64,000 bases of DNA from a candidate division FCPU426 bacterium (GTDB taxonomy: Bacteria > Oederibacteriota > Muellerivitia > Muellerivitales > Muellerivitaceae). The stretch spans positions 96,001 to 160,000 of the forward strand of contig CAWHOE010000064.1 in the NCBI GenBank assembly GCA_963830915.1, written 5' to 3'. The notes below the pieces were generated by a model that worked only from the letters and a program-made list of their open reading frames with translations, did no database searches and was not told the origin of the DNA. Positions 47,411 through 55,976 of the stretch are shown here, piece after piece. Position numbers and translations under genes: made by a program. Positions within the stretch are counted from its first letter, which is position 1, and every line of letters starts with the position of its first letter.

Positions 47411-49681
47411 CTATCCCTGGGCCTTCAAAAATCGGATATTTCCCCATCCCAAAAGGCCCAGAAGGATGAAAAACACCCAGGACAGGATCGATATCCACTT
47501 CCCCGCTTCCAGACCCCGGGGGCTGTATTCCAGGATGAAATGGTGGTTTCCCGCGGTAAGGGGGATCCCCCTTTGGAAACCATTGGCAGGCAGGACCTCA
47601 TAAGAGGTTTGGGCGGTGGGGTCAAGGGGCGAGACTTTCCAACCCTTGCTGTAGTTATCGCTTATTACCAACAGCGCCGGTTGGGTCGTCTGGGCCGTGA
47701 CCTCGATCCGATCGGACGATAGGTCCTTCACTTCGACCTGGCCAGAAGCCCCCAGATCGTTCGACTTGAATCCCGGATCGGTCTCCAGGTAAGCGGTCTT
47801 TTTAAAATCAAAGGCCGGGTCCTTGAGGCGGTCATTGATCATCTCGGGCGGGCATATCTCCCAATGGCCCACCAACAGCGCCCTGGGCATGGGGTCGAAC
47901 GGCATTTTCTCCGCTTCCAGCAGGTCACCCTTCTCACGAAAGACCACTTTCAACCGGGTCAAAGCCAGGGCGTTCGGGTAGGTCCAGAAGAGGGGTTTAT
48001 CCAAGATGTGGGAAAAAACTTCTTTGCCCTGGGTAAAGGCGACGAAGCCGGCGTATCGCAGGGGGATCATGGGGTCGTTACCCCAGATATCCCCGCCGGT
48101 CGTGCCCAGGGTGATATTGGACGCGTCCAGCAATACCCGGTAATCGCCCGGGTCCTGGTCATAGACCTTCTGGATCTGGGCGACCTTTCCCTTCAGGTCC
48201 TGATAACTGAATGAGATAAGGTTCCCGCCAGCGAAGCAAAGCAATTCGACCAACGCCAGCGCCAGGAACCCGTATTTGGCGTTGGGAAATTTTTCACTCG
48301 CTCGGCAAAGGATAAAGAGGACTGCCAGTACAAACGCGCATAGCAGGAAACTCCAGGCCATCTCGCCCGAGTGTCCGCCGAACTTTCCCAAGCCCTTGCC
48401 ATGGCCCCAATTCACCAATATCCAAACCAAGCCTGAGAGAGCACCAAAAACCAGTGAGCCGATCAAAGTTCCTTTCGCCAAACCCTTCAGGCTGGTCCCC
48501 TTCATGACCTCGTCCATCCCCATGGCGGCCAGGGCGACCAGGCAAAGGGTGATGAGGATGTTAAGCTTCCCCACTCCCCGGAAGTTGGCGAACATGGGCA
48601 GATGGTCCAAAAGGAAACCGAATAGGGGCGTGCGTTTCCCCACGGCGACGAGGGTGATCAAGATAGCCATCCCCCCGAATATTTTCTTTTCAGGATGGGG
48701 GGAAACCTTCAGGGCAAAGAGCGCCAGCACGAAAGCCGTCACGCTCACGAACATGGCGCCTTCCCAATACATGCCGCCGCCCCAATAACCGCCCTCCTGC
48801 CAATGGCCGAAGAAGTTCGGCATCAAGAGGCACCACAATCTTTCGGGGGTCATGTCCGCCGTGTCCAGGATATCCATCGAGAGGCGTTTACCCCTCACGC
48901 TCTCCCACGCCGCGTCCCAACCGGCCAGCAGCTGGACAGCGGTCAACAAACCCGCCCCCAGATACATCACTCCCCAGCCTACGAAACAGGAAATCTTTTT
49001 TTCCGTCCTGGGCCAGCCCAGCAAAAGGTACAAACCCAGGAACAGGGTCATGTAGTAGACATACTGCACATGTCCCGCCAGGATCATCATGGCGATGGCG
49101 AAAGCTCCCAGCCAAATCCAGCGGATCTTCCGATGGTCCCGCCATTTTTCCACCGCCGCCAGGACCAAGGGTATCCAAGCCATGGAAGAAAGGTTGGGCA
49201 GGTGTCCGGGAATGAGATGGAGGAAATAAGCCGCGCCGAACATGACCATGAAGGAGCCCATCAGGGCGGAGGCTTCGTGATTGCCCCTTCTTCTCAGCCA
49301 ATAGCGGGTGAACCAGCCAGCCAGAAAAACGTGAAGGGCGATGCTCAGGTTCAGGGCGAAGGCCAGGGGAAGGACCATGAAAAGCCAGTTGGGCGGATAA
49401 AGAAGGGCAGATTGGAAACCGCCGAAGAAGGGCGCCCCGCAGAAGAGATGGGGGTTCCAGAGGGCCAGGTGGCCTTTTTTCAGTTCCTCAAAACCGAACT
49501 GCCTCCACCAGACGAACTGGTCCGAAAGGTCCAGCCCCATATCGGACAGAATTCGGTCAGTATGGGGATTTAGATAAGGAAAGAAGAGGCCGGCGGTGAT
49601 CAGGAGAAGGAAAAAGACGGGAGCGGAACCCTTGAAATAAAGGTCCCAGGAGAACAACGAAGGTCGGTCTTTATTCGTCAC
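47411..49681 (-). CDS. YfhO-family polytopic membrane protein (putative GT-C glycosyltransferase)
   Basis: [20 protein letters not shown], many TMs, C-terminal GWK..ANG.QRGI.L.AG.H domain. Confidence 0.82.
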   Translation of the reverse strand: MTNKDRPSLFSWDLYFKGSAPVFFLLLITAGLFFPYLNPHTDRILSDMGLDLSDQFVWWRQFGFEELKKGHLALWNPHLFCGAPFFGGFQSALLYPPNWLFMVLPLAFALNLSIALHVFLAGWFTRYWLRRRGNHEASALMGSFMVMFGAAYFLHLIPGHLPNLSSMAWIPLVLAAVEKWRDHRKIRWIWLGAFAIAMMILAGHVQYVYYMTLFLGLYLLLGWPRTEKKISCFVGWGVMYLGAGLLTAVQLLAGWDAAWESVRGKRLSMDILDTADMTPERLWCLLMPNFFGHWQEGGYWGGGMYWEGAMFVSVTAFVLALFALKVSPHPEKKIFGGMAILITLVAVGKRTPLFGFLLDHLPMFANFRGVGKLNILITLCLVALAAMGMDEVMKGTSLKGLAKGTLIGSLVFGALSGLVWILVNWGHGKGLGKFGGHSGEMAWSFLLCAFVLAVLFILCRASEKFPNAKYGFLALALVELLCFAGGNLISFSYQDLKGKVAQIQKVYDQDPGDYRVLLDASNITLGTTGGDIWGNDPMIPLRYAGFVAFTQGKEVFSHILDKPLFWTYPNALALTRLKVVFREKGDLLEAEKMPFDPMPRALLVGHWEICPPEMINDRLKDPAFDFKKTAYLETDPGFKSNDLGASGQVEVKDLSSDRIEVTAQTTQPALLVISDNYSKGWKVSPLDPTAQTSYEVLPANGFQRGIPLTAGNHHFILEYSPRGLEAGKWISILSWVFFILLGLLGWGNIRFLKAQG

Positions 49682-50225
49682 TTTTGGACAGGTATCCCAG
49701 TTCTTCGAGCTTCGCGATGACCTTATCGACGCATTCGTCGATCGATTCCTTGTTCGTATAGCAGACCACTTCGGGTTTCAAAGGAGGCTCATAAGGGTCG
49801 CTGACACCGGTGAAATTCTTGATCTCGCCCGCCACGGCCTTCTGGTAGAGGCCCTTGATATCCCTCTGGGCGCAAACTTCCACGGGACACTCGGTGTAGA
49901 CCTCGACGAACCGGCGGATCTTCCGTCGGTTATAGTCCCGCATCTCGCGGTAGGGGGAAATGACCGAAGCGATGGCTCCCACGCCGTGACGGGTCAGGAG
50001 CTGGCAGACGAACCCCACCCTTTTGACGTTCTCGTCCCGGTCCTCCCGGGAGAAGGTGAGACCCTTGGAAAGGTTGGTCCTGACGACGTCCCCGTCCAGC
50101 AGTTCGTGGGGGATGCCCATGTGTTCCAGGCGCATGGAAACCCGCTCAGAGATGGTCGATTTACCCGACCCTGAGAGTCCCGTGAACCAGAGTGTGAAAC
50201 CCTTGTATTTTCCCTCACCCGCCAT
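49671..50225 (-). CDS. cysC: Adenylyl-sulfate kinase
   Basis: [36 protein letters not shown]. Confidence 0.96.
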   Translation of the reverse strand: MAGEGKYKGFTLWFTGLSGSGKSTISERVSMRLEHMGIPHELLDGDVVRTNLSKGLTFSREDRDENVKRVGFVCQLLTRHGVGAIASVISPYREMRDYNRRKIRRFVEVYTECPVEVCAQRDIKGLYQKAVAGEIKNFTGVSDPYEPPLKPEVVCYTNKESIDECVDKVIAKLEELGYLSKSDE

Positions 50226-50388
50226 TGGCTAGCCTTTTGATTGGGATAACATCAAATTAGTTTGGCACTTAGTATAAATCAAGACTGAGAGGATACCCGT
50301 AAAATATGCCGCTCAGGCCTCGTAGACAGCCAAAAGGGCTTTGGGTAGACTAACCAAGCTAATCCATCAATGAATCAGGGGGAGATTT

Positions 50389-51324
50389 ATGTCAAGTCAA
50401 CGTCCGAAGATCACGGTAGTCGGGGCCGGTAACGTCGGGGCGTCCTGCGCGGCCTGGATGGCCGAAAGGGCCCTGGGGGATATCGTCCTTCTGGACATTC
50501 CCGCCACCAAGGACATGCCCAAAGGCAAGGCCCTGGACCTTCAGCAAGTGGGCCCCATCTCGGGCTACAACACCCACCTGACCGGCACCACCGATTACGC
50601 CGATACCGCCCATTCGGATGTCTGCGTCATTACCGCCGGCGTTCCCCGCAAGCCCGGCATGAGCCGTGAAAACCTGGTCGCCATCAACCAGGGCATCGTG
50701 GCGGAAGTTTCCAAGAAATTGGTCTCTCTGTCACCCGACACTATCCTCATCGTTGTCACCAACCCGCTGGATACCATGTGCTATGTGGCCTATAAGGCCG
50801 CGGGCTTGCCTAAGCACCGGGTCATGGGCCAAGCCGGCATGTTGGACTCGGCCCGCATGAGGACTTTCTTAGCCATGGCCGCGGAAGTGGCGGTCGAGAA
50901 CGTGACAGCCGGTGTCATCGGCGGCCACGGGGATGAGATGGTCCCGTTGGTTCGTTATTCCACCATCGCTGGCGTTCCTGTTTCCAACATCTTGAAAGCC
51001 GACCAGATCACTGCCATCGTCGAGCGCACCCGCAAGGGCGGAGGCGAATTGGTGAATTTGTTGGGTATCTCCGCCTGGTACGCGCCCGGCGCCGCCGCCG
51101 GTTCCATGGTGGAAGCCATCTTGAAGGATAAGAAACTGGTCGTTCCCTGCTCCGCTTACCTGGAAGGCGAATACGGCTTGAAAAACATGTATTTCGGGGT
51201 CTATTGCAAGCTGGGCCGCAAGGGATTGGAGCAGATCATCGAGGTTCCGTTGAACGATGAGGAAAAGGCGATGGTGAATAAATCAGCGTCCCTCATCCAG
51301 GACACGATGAAAGCCTTAAAATAA
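50389..51324 (+). CDS. mdh: Malate dehydrogenase (LDH-like)
   Basis: GAGNVG, ITAGVPRKPGMSR, TNPLD, LDSAR, GGHGD. Confidence 0.95.
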   Translation: MSSQRPKITVVGAGNVGASCAAWMAERALGDIVLLDIPATKDMPKGKALDLQQVGPISGYNTHLTGTTDYADTAHSDVCVITAGVPRKPGMSRENLVAINQGIVAEVSKKLVSLSPDTILIVVTNPLDTMCYVAYKAAGLPKHRVMGQAGMLDSARMRTFLAMAAEVAVENVTAGVIGGHGDEMVPLVRYSTIAGVPVSNILKADQITAIVERTRKGGGELVNLLGISAWYAPGAAAGSMVEAILKDKKLVVPCSAYLEGEYGLKNMYFGVYCKLGRKGLEQIIEVPLNDEEKAMVNKSASLIQDTMKALK

Positions 51325-51343
51325 AAAGCAAGACTGTTTCATA

Positions 51344-51436
51344 GCCACAGATGCATGGGATGCACGCAGATTGTTAAAGGAAAGATCTTTAAATATTTGT
51401 GTATTTGAAATCCAATGAATCCCATGAATCTGTGGC
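51344..51436. repeat. CCAC...GTGG periodic-arm palindrome, copy 7 (9-nt period)
   Basis: GCCACAGATGCATGGGATGCACGCAGAT ... ATCCAATGAATCCCATGAATCTGTGGC. Confidence 0.85.
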
Positions 51437-51465
51437 CAATTGTTGTTTTTGGCTGAAAGGTTTCT

Positions 51466-51894
51466 ATGGCCTCTGGTATGAAAAACGAATCCAAGTCCAT
51501 TCACCTCCCCACCCGCGGGGGAAGCCAGATCATCGATGTGACCGCTGAAGTCCAATCCTTCCTATCCTCCATCAAGGCCCGTCAGGGTATCGTCAACGTT
51601 TCGGTCGTCGGTTCTACCGCCGGTATCACCACCATGGAATTTGAGCCGGGTTTGGTGAAAGACATCCCCCAGATGTTGGATAAGCTTGCGCCCGAAGGCC
51701 GTTATCACCATGACGACACCTGGAACGACGGCAATGGTCATTCTCACCTGAGGTCTTCCCTCATCGGCACCAGCCAAACCTTTCCCGTTCTGGAAGGCCA
51801 AGCCGCGCTTGGCACCTGGCAGCAAATCGTGCTTATCGATTTCGATAACCGCGCCAGAAAACGTCAGGTCGTCATTCAGTATTTGGGAGATTGA
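51466..51894 (+). CDS. yjbQ: YjbQ (UPF0047) family protein
   Basis: Y.HD....DGNGHSHLRSSL, LGTWQQIVLIDFD.R.RKR. Confidence 0.92.
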   Translation: MASGMKNESKSIHLPTRGGSQIIDVTAEVQSFLSSIKARQGIVNVSVVGSTAGITTMEFEPGLVKDIPQMLDKLAPEGRYHHDDTWNDGNGHSHLRSSLIGTSQTFPVLEGQAALGTWQQIVLIDFDNRARKRQVVIQYLGD

Positions 51895-51927
51895 AATCAA
51901 TTTGCTCTTATAACAAAAGGAGAAAAA

Positions 51928-52674
51928 ATGTTTTCTAAACCAGGCCATCTATTTTGGATTTTGTTATTCGTAAATCTTTTATTTTTTTATACAACTTCTT
52001 ATGCCGTACCTGCGTTAGTTCCTGATATTAATTCAGTTTGTTCCGTCAAACTGATAAACGGTCAAATAATTAATGGCTATATTAGAATTGCAATAGGTGG
52101 CGAACGTAATCATTTTGCAAGTAATGGATTTCTATTTTTAAGAGATGGCCAAATTGTTGGCGTTTCTATTTTTAATTGGGATTATCAAGGGGATCAATTA
52201 AATAAAAAGAAACAACTTATTCAAACATTTTTCCTTTTATCAAATATGGGAAGTTCAGAAGAAAGAGAGCCGGGGGAGAACTTTACCGGTCACTTGGATT
52301 TGGATAAAAAAACATTAGATAGAACAATAGAGTTTAGAAAATCGTACCGTATTCAAGACTATATAGATGTTTACAAGAAACTCCCCAAGTATGGTGTTTT
52401 AAATTCGGATGAAAAAGACAAAGGCTTAATCGAACGCATACCTGTTAATCAGATTGAAAAATTTGATCTCATTAGAAAACCAAATCAAAATCAAAAAAAA
52501 GAAATCGAAGAGGCTGAAAAAGAGTGCGGCGCCTTAGCTGATGATGACGATTATGGATTCAATCCTATTATGTGGCTAAAGGAAGGAAGTTGGTACCCAG
52601 AAATGCCTTTTTCAATGGATTTGTACGACCCTAACAATAAAATTCACGAAGGCTGGTATAGAGATCAACAATAG
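51928..52674 (+). CDS. Hypothetical secreted protein, AT-rich
   Basis: AAGGAG RBS, signal-like N-terminus, strongly AT-rich codons. Confidence 0.75.
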   Translation: MFSKPGHLFWILLFVNLLFFYTTSYAVPALVPDINSVCSVKLINGQIINGYIRIAIGGERNHFASNGFLFLRDGQIVGVSIFNWDYQGDQLNKKKQLIQTFFLLSNMGSSEEREPGENFTGHLDLDKKTLDRTIEFRKSYRIQDYIDVYKKLPKYGVLNSDEKDKGLIERIPVNQIEKFDLIRKPNQNQKKEIEEAEKECGALADDDDYGFNPIMWLKEGSWYPEMPFSMDLYDPNNKIHEGWYRDQQ

Positions 52675-52805
52675 ATAATTTTTTCGTCTTCTTAACAGCC
52701 GCAATTTATTACAAATGGTGTCCTATTCTCGGCATATCTCAAATTTAACAGTTCGCAAATCGTTCGGAATGGAGAGCCATTTATACTCATTTGTGGGCCG
52801 TCGAT

Positions 52806-52929
52806 AAACTCACAGCAAACTCGTATGTAATATAAAATGCCTTTAGTAAATCCTGATAAAACCACTTCAGAAATGAGCGACTTGCCGAACGAACCCATCC
52901 ACCTAGTCATCGGTACCCCCTGCTACGGC
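52806..52929 (+). repeat. Direct repeat, copy 1 (upstream region plus 5' end of the GT-like gene)
   Basis: 52875-52929 is identical to 54184-54238 (55 bp); the preceding ~70 bp is similar. Confidence 0.92.
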
Positions 52930-52935
52930 AGACCA

Positions 52936-53529
52936 TCAACTTCGAACAAAATCCAATAGCAACTTAAAGTCTCCCTTATCCGCCGCCTTGAGCGCCGCTA
53001 AATATTCATCCCGGGTTGTTCCCGCTGTGTCGATGGGACCGCTTTCCGATTTTCCACCCCAAGTGAAAACCTTTTGGCCATTGGTTCTCATCAGAATATC
53101 CGTCGCCAACCGGGCGTGCCGGCCATTGCCATTGGGGAACGGATGTATCGCAACAAGCCGATGATGAAACCGAACTCCTATTTCATCCCACGGGTAGGTC
53201 TTATTCTTGATCCAAAATTGGGTGTCCTCACAAAGTTTTTTGATCTCCACAGGGATTTGTTCCGCTGACACACCCAGATTCTTCAGGCTCTTTCGGTACT
53301 TCCCCGCCCATTTCCAAACATCCTTGAACATCCTCTTATGGAGTTCCCGTAAGAAAGCATCGGTCAGAAGATCCGGTTGAGAGCGACCCATAACCCAGGT
53401 CATGGCTTCCAATATATTGGCCTGTTCAACTTGGTTCAGTTCGCTTTGTGTTGTGACGTAACGGGGTATTAGCTCAGCCATTTCATCTGGGTCTAAAGGT
53501 GTATTGCCAGGTGTCGGATTCTCAATCAT
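52936..53529 (-). CDS. Mobile mystery protein B (Fic domain)
   Basis: PGNTPLDPDE, LHKRMF.DVWKWAG.YR, Fic motif HPFPNGNGRHAR. Confidence 0.92.
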   Translation of the reverse strand: MIENPTPGNTPLDPDEMAELIPRYVTTQSELNQVEQANILEAMTWVMGRSQPDLLTDAFLRELHKRMFKDVWKWAGKYRKSLKNLGVSAEQIPVEIKKLCEDTQFWIKNKTYPWDEIGVRFHHRLVAIHPFPNGNGRHARLATDILMRTNGQKVFTWGGKSESGPIDTAGTTRDEYLAALKAADKGDFKLLLDFVRS

Positions 53530-54022
53530 CAGATTCCCCATCCAAAGGTTCCCATATCCCACGATCAACATTACGTATCAGTTCCATGGCCAATTCTTCG
53601 ATCTGTTGTTTCAAAGTTTCTGGAGAAACTCCCTGAGCCTCGAGTTTCATGGTCTTGTCCGTGTCCTTCACTAGCTTGGCGGCGAGCTTCCTGGCTCGTC
53701 TTTCCACTATCTCGGATAATGAGTTAAAACCTTCCTCAGGGACGATCGTCCAAACGAGACGGCAGTTCATGGCTTGAGCGGCACGGTCAAGGGAGGCCAA
53801 TGTGGCAGACTTAGAGGATTCTCTTTTCTCTAGATGCAAAACATCAGAAGTTTGAAGTTTCATTCTTTTGGCTAGTTGGGAAGCCGTTAAGCCTAAAGCA
53901 ACTCGAATGGCTTTCAACCAACCATCTAGAGGCATATTTATATTTCGCAACTCCAATAACGGAACAAGCTTTGCATCTATCAATTGGCGTTGAAATGTAG
54001 TCTTTTTTCGATTAGTTTTCAT
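53522..54022 (-). CDS. Mobile mystery protein A (XRE-type HTH)
   Basis: P.DGWLKAIR.ALGLT..QLA.RM, TL.SL..AA.AMNC.LV, TM.LEAQ; overlaps the mmB start. Confidence 0.9.
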   Translation of the reverse strand: MKTNRKKTTFQRQLIDAKLVPLLELRNINMPLDGWLKAIRVALGLTASQLAKRMKLQTSDVLHLEKRESSKSATLASLDRAAQAMNCRLVWTIVPEEGFNSLSEIVERRARKLAAKLVKDTDKTMKLEAQGVSPETLKQQIEELAMELIRNVDRGIWEPLDGESDD

Positions 54023-54028
54023 GTCATA

Positions 54029-54080
54029 ATTATGTAATATATTGCATAATAAAACAACTTAATATGTAATATATTACATA
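54029..54080. promoter_or_regulatory. Tandem palindromic operators upstream of mmA
   Basis: TATGTAATATATTGCATA (54031-54048) and perfect TATGTAATATATTACATA (54063-54080). Confidence 0.7.
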
Positions 54081-54115
54081 AAATATAACGGATATATGCC
54101 TCAAATTAAACAGCA

Positions 54116-54238
54116 AAACTCACAGCAAACCTGCATGTAATATAAAATGCCTTTGAAAACCTTATAAAAACCTCACATAGAAAGAGCGACTTGCCGAACG
54201 AACCCATCCACCTAGTCATCGGTACCCCCTGCTACGGC
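54116..54238 (+). repeat. Direct repeat, copy 2
   Basis: Matches 52806-52929 and continues into the intact gene. Confidence 0.92.
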
Positions 54239-54940
54239 GGGCAGATCACCGTTTCCAACTTCCTCTCGGCCTTGAGGCTCAGGGAATATTGCTCGAAGAA
54301 CGGCATCCGCGTCACCTTCGCCATGCCCTGGGGCGACGCCCTAGTCACCCGGAGCCGGCAAAGCATCGCCGCCTATTTCCTCGAAGACCCAACCGCCACC
54401 CACCTGCTCTATATCGACGCGGATATCAGCTATGACACCAACCAGGTCATCCGGCTCCTCAAGTTCAACAAGGACGTTTGCGCCGGCATATACCCCCTCA
54501 AGCGCTACGACTGGGAAAAGGTCCGCAAGAACGTATCGGCGGGTTACGAGCACCTGGAATCATCTGGGCTTTCCTACGTCATCAAGCTGGATGAAAATTA
54601 CGAAACTATCGACGGCTTCGGCAAAGTCACCGAGGCTGGGACAGGCTTCTTGCTGGTCAAACGGGTCGTCTTCGAGGACCTGTCCAAACGCTACCCCGAG
54701 TTGAGATATAAGGTGGCTAGTCCCCAGGGCGAAAAGGACCATTACGCTTTCTTCAACTGCCTGATCGACGAAAAGGGCGTTTATCTTTCGGAAGATTACA
54801 GCTTTTGCAAACGCTGGATAGATATGGGCGGGGAGATCTGGGCGGACCTGCAAAGCCGCCTGAACCACACGGGCCCCGAGACCTTCAAGGGGGATGTGGG
54901 CCGCAATTTCATCCCGGCCCCTCCGAAGGAGCCGTCATGA
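54191..54940 (+). CDS. GT-A-fold glycosyltransferase-like protein, paralog 1
   Basis: IGTPCYGG, THLLYIDAD (DxD), AGTGF, SEDYSFC.RW, HTG. Confidence 0.8.
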   Translation: MPNEPIHLVIGTPCYGGQITVSNFLSALRLREYCSKNGIRVTFAMPWGDALVTRSRQSIAAYFLEDPTATHLLYIDADISYDTNQVIRLLKFNKDVCAGIYPLKRYDWEKVRKNVSAGYEHLESSGLSYVIKLDENYETIDGFGKVTEAGTGFLLVKRVVFEDLSKRYPELRYKVASPQGEKDHYAFFNCLIDEKGVYLSEDYSFCKRWIDMGGEIWADLQSRLNHTGPETFKGDVGRNFIPAPPKEPS

Positions 54941-55701
54941 AACCAGGCCAAAAAGCCTATCTGATGATCGGCACCCCCGCCTACGGGGGACAGCTTTCGG
55001 CGGTTTACGCCTCCTCGGTCCTGCGGTTCATGGAAGTCTGCGACAAGGTCGGCAACCTGCAGGTGGAAGTGGCGGTCCAATGGGGCGACGCCCTCATCTC
55101 CCGGGCCAGGCAGGACCTGGTCACCCGCTTTCTGGAGACTCCCCAGGCGACCCACCTGCTCTTCATCGATTCGGATATCGGCTTCCCCCCCGAACAGGTC
55201 TTGCGTTTGATGGAATTCGAGGCCGAGATGGTAGCCGGTGTTTACCCTTACAAACGTTTGGACCTGGAGAAGATGCGCCGGATCCATGAGAAAAAACAAC
55301 CTGTCCGGACTTCGGAGCTTTGGTCCTACGGGGTGGAATTCGAGAGCGCCGGAAATATTAGCGTGCGGGACGGTTTCGCCAGGGCCCTCTACGCCGGAAT
55401 GGGTTTCGTCCTGTTCCAAAAATCCGTATTCCTGAAGATGATCGAAAAATATCCCGAACTCAAATACACGGGCGGTTTCCTGCCCACCGACCCCTTCCCC
55501 CATAGCGAGAAACGCTACGCCCTGTTCAACGAGTTCATCGACGGGACGACGGGCCGTTATCTGCCGGAGGACCTGAGCTTCTGCCGGCGTTGGACCAGGA
55601 TGGGCGGGGAGCTGTGGGTGGATACCCAAAGCAAGCTCCAGCACGTGGGCCCTACGGTATTTGACGGGGATTTTTCGACCCAATTCACCTCGAGCCCATA
55701 A
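54937..55701 (+). CDS. GT-A-fold glycosyltransferase-like protein, paralog 2
   Basis: ATGA overlap; IGTPAYGG, THLLFIDSD, PEDLSFCRRW, HVG. Confidence 0.8.
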   Translation: MKPGQKAYLMIGTPAYGGQLSAVYASSVLRFMEVCDKVGNLQVEVAVQWGDALISRARQDLVTRFLETPQATHLLFIDSDIGFPPEQVLRLMEFEAEMVAGVYPYKRLDLEKMRRIHEKKQPVRTSELWSYGVEFESAGNISVRDGFARALYAGMGFVLFQKSVFLKMIEKYPELKYTGGFLPTDPFPHSEKRYALFNEFIDGTTGRYLPEDLSFCRRWTRMGGELWVDTQSKLQHVGPTVFDGDFSTQFTSSP

Positions 55702-55797
55702 CCACTACTGTCCAATAAAGGCATGATCCCAAAGCCAAAGATGGCCGATCAAAAGATTTATTGTTTAAGTCAAAAGACACAACTAAGACTTTAATCA

Positions 55798-55884
55798 GCC
55801 ACAGATGCATGGGATGCACAGGATGGAATAGACTTTTAAAAATACGACGATTTAAAAATCTCATGAATCCCATGAATCTGTGGC
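55798..55884. repeat. CCAC...GTGG periodic-arm palindrome, copy 8 (same subtype as copy 7)
   Basis: GCCACAGATGCATGGGATGCACAGGAT ... ATCTCATGAATCCCATGAATCTGTGGC. Confidence 0.85.
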
Positions 55885-55976
55885 AAATATTTTTTTAATA
55901 GGTTTGCTTCGTAACTTGTCTTTAAGTTTTCTCACAGCGATGAGAAAATATTTTCATTCTTCCAAAGGATGTCCCC

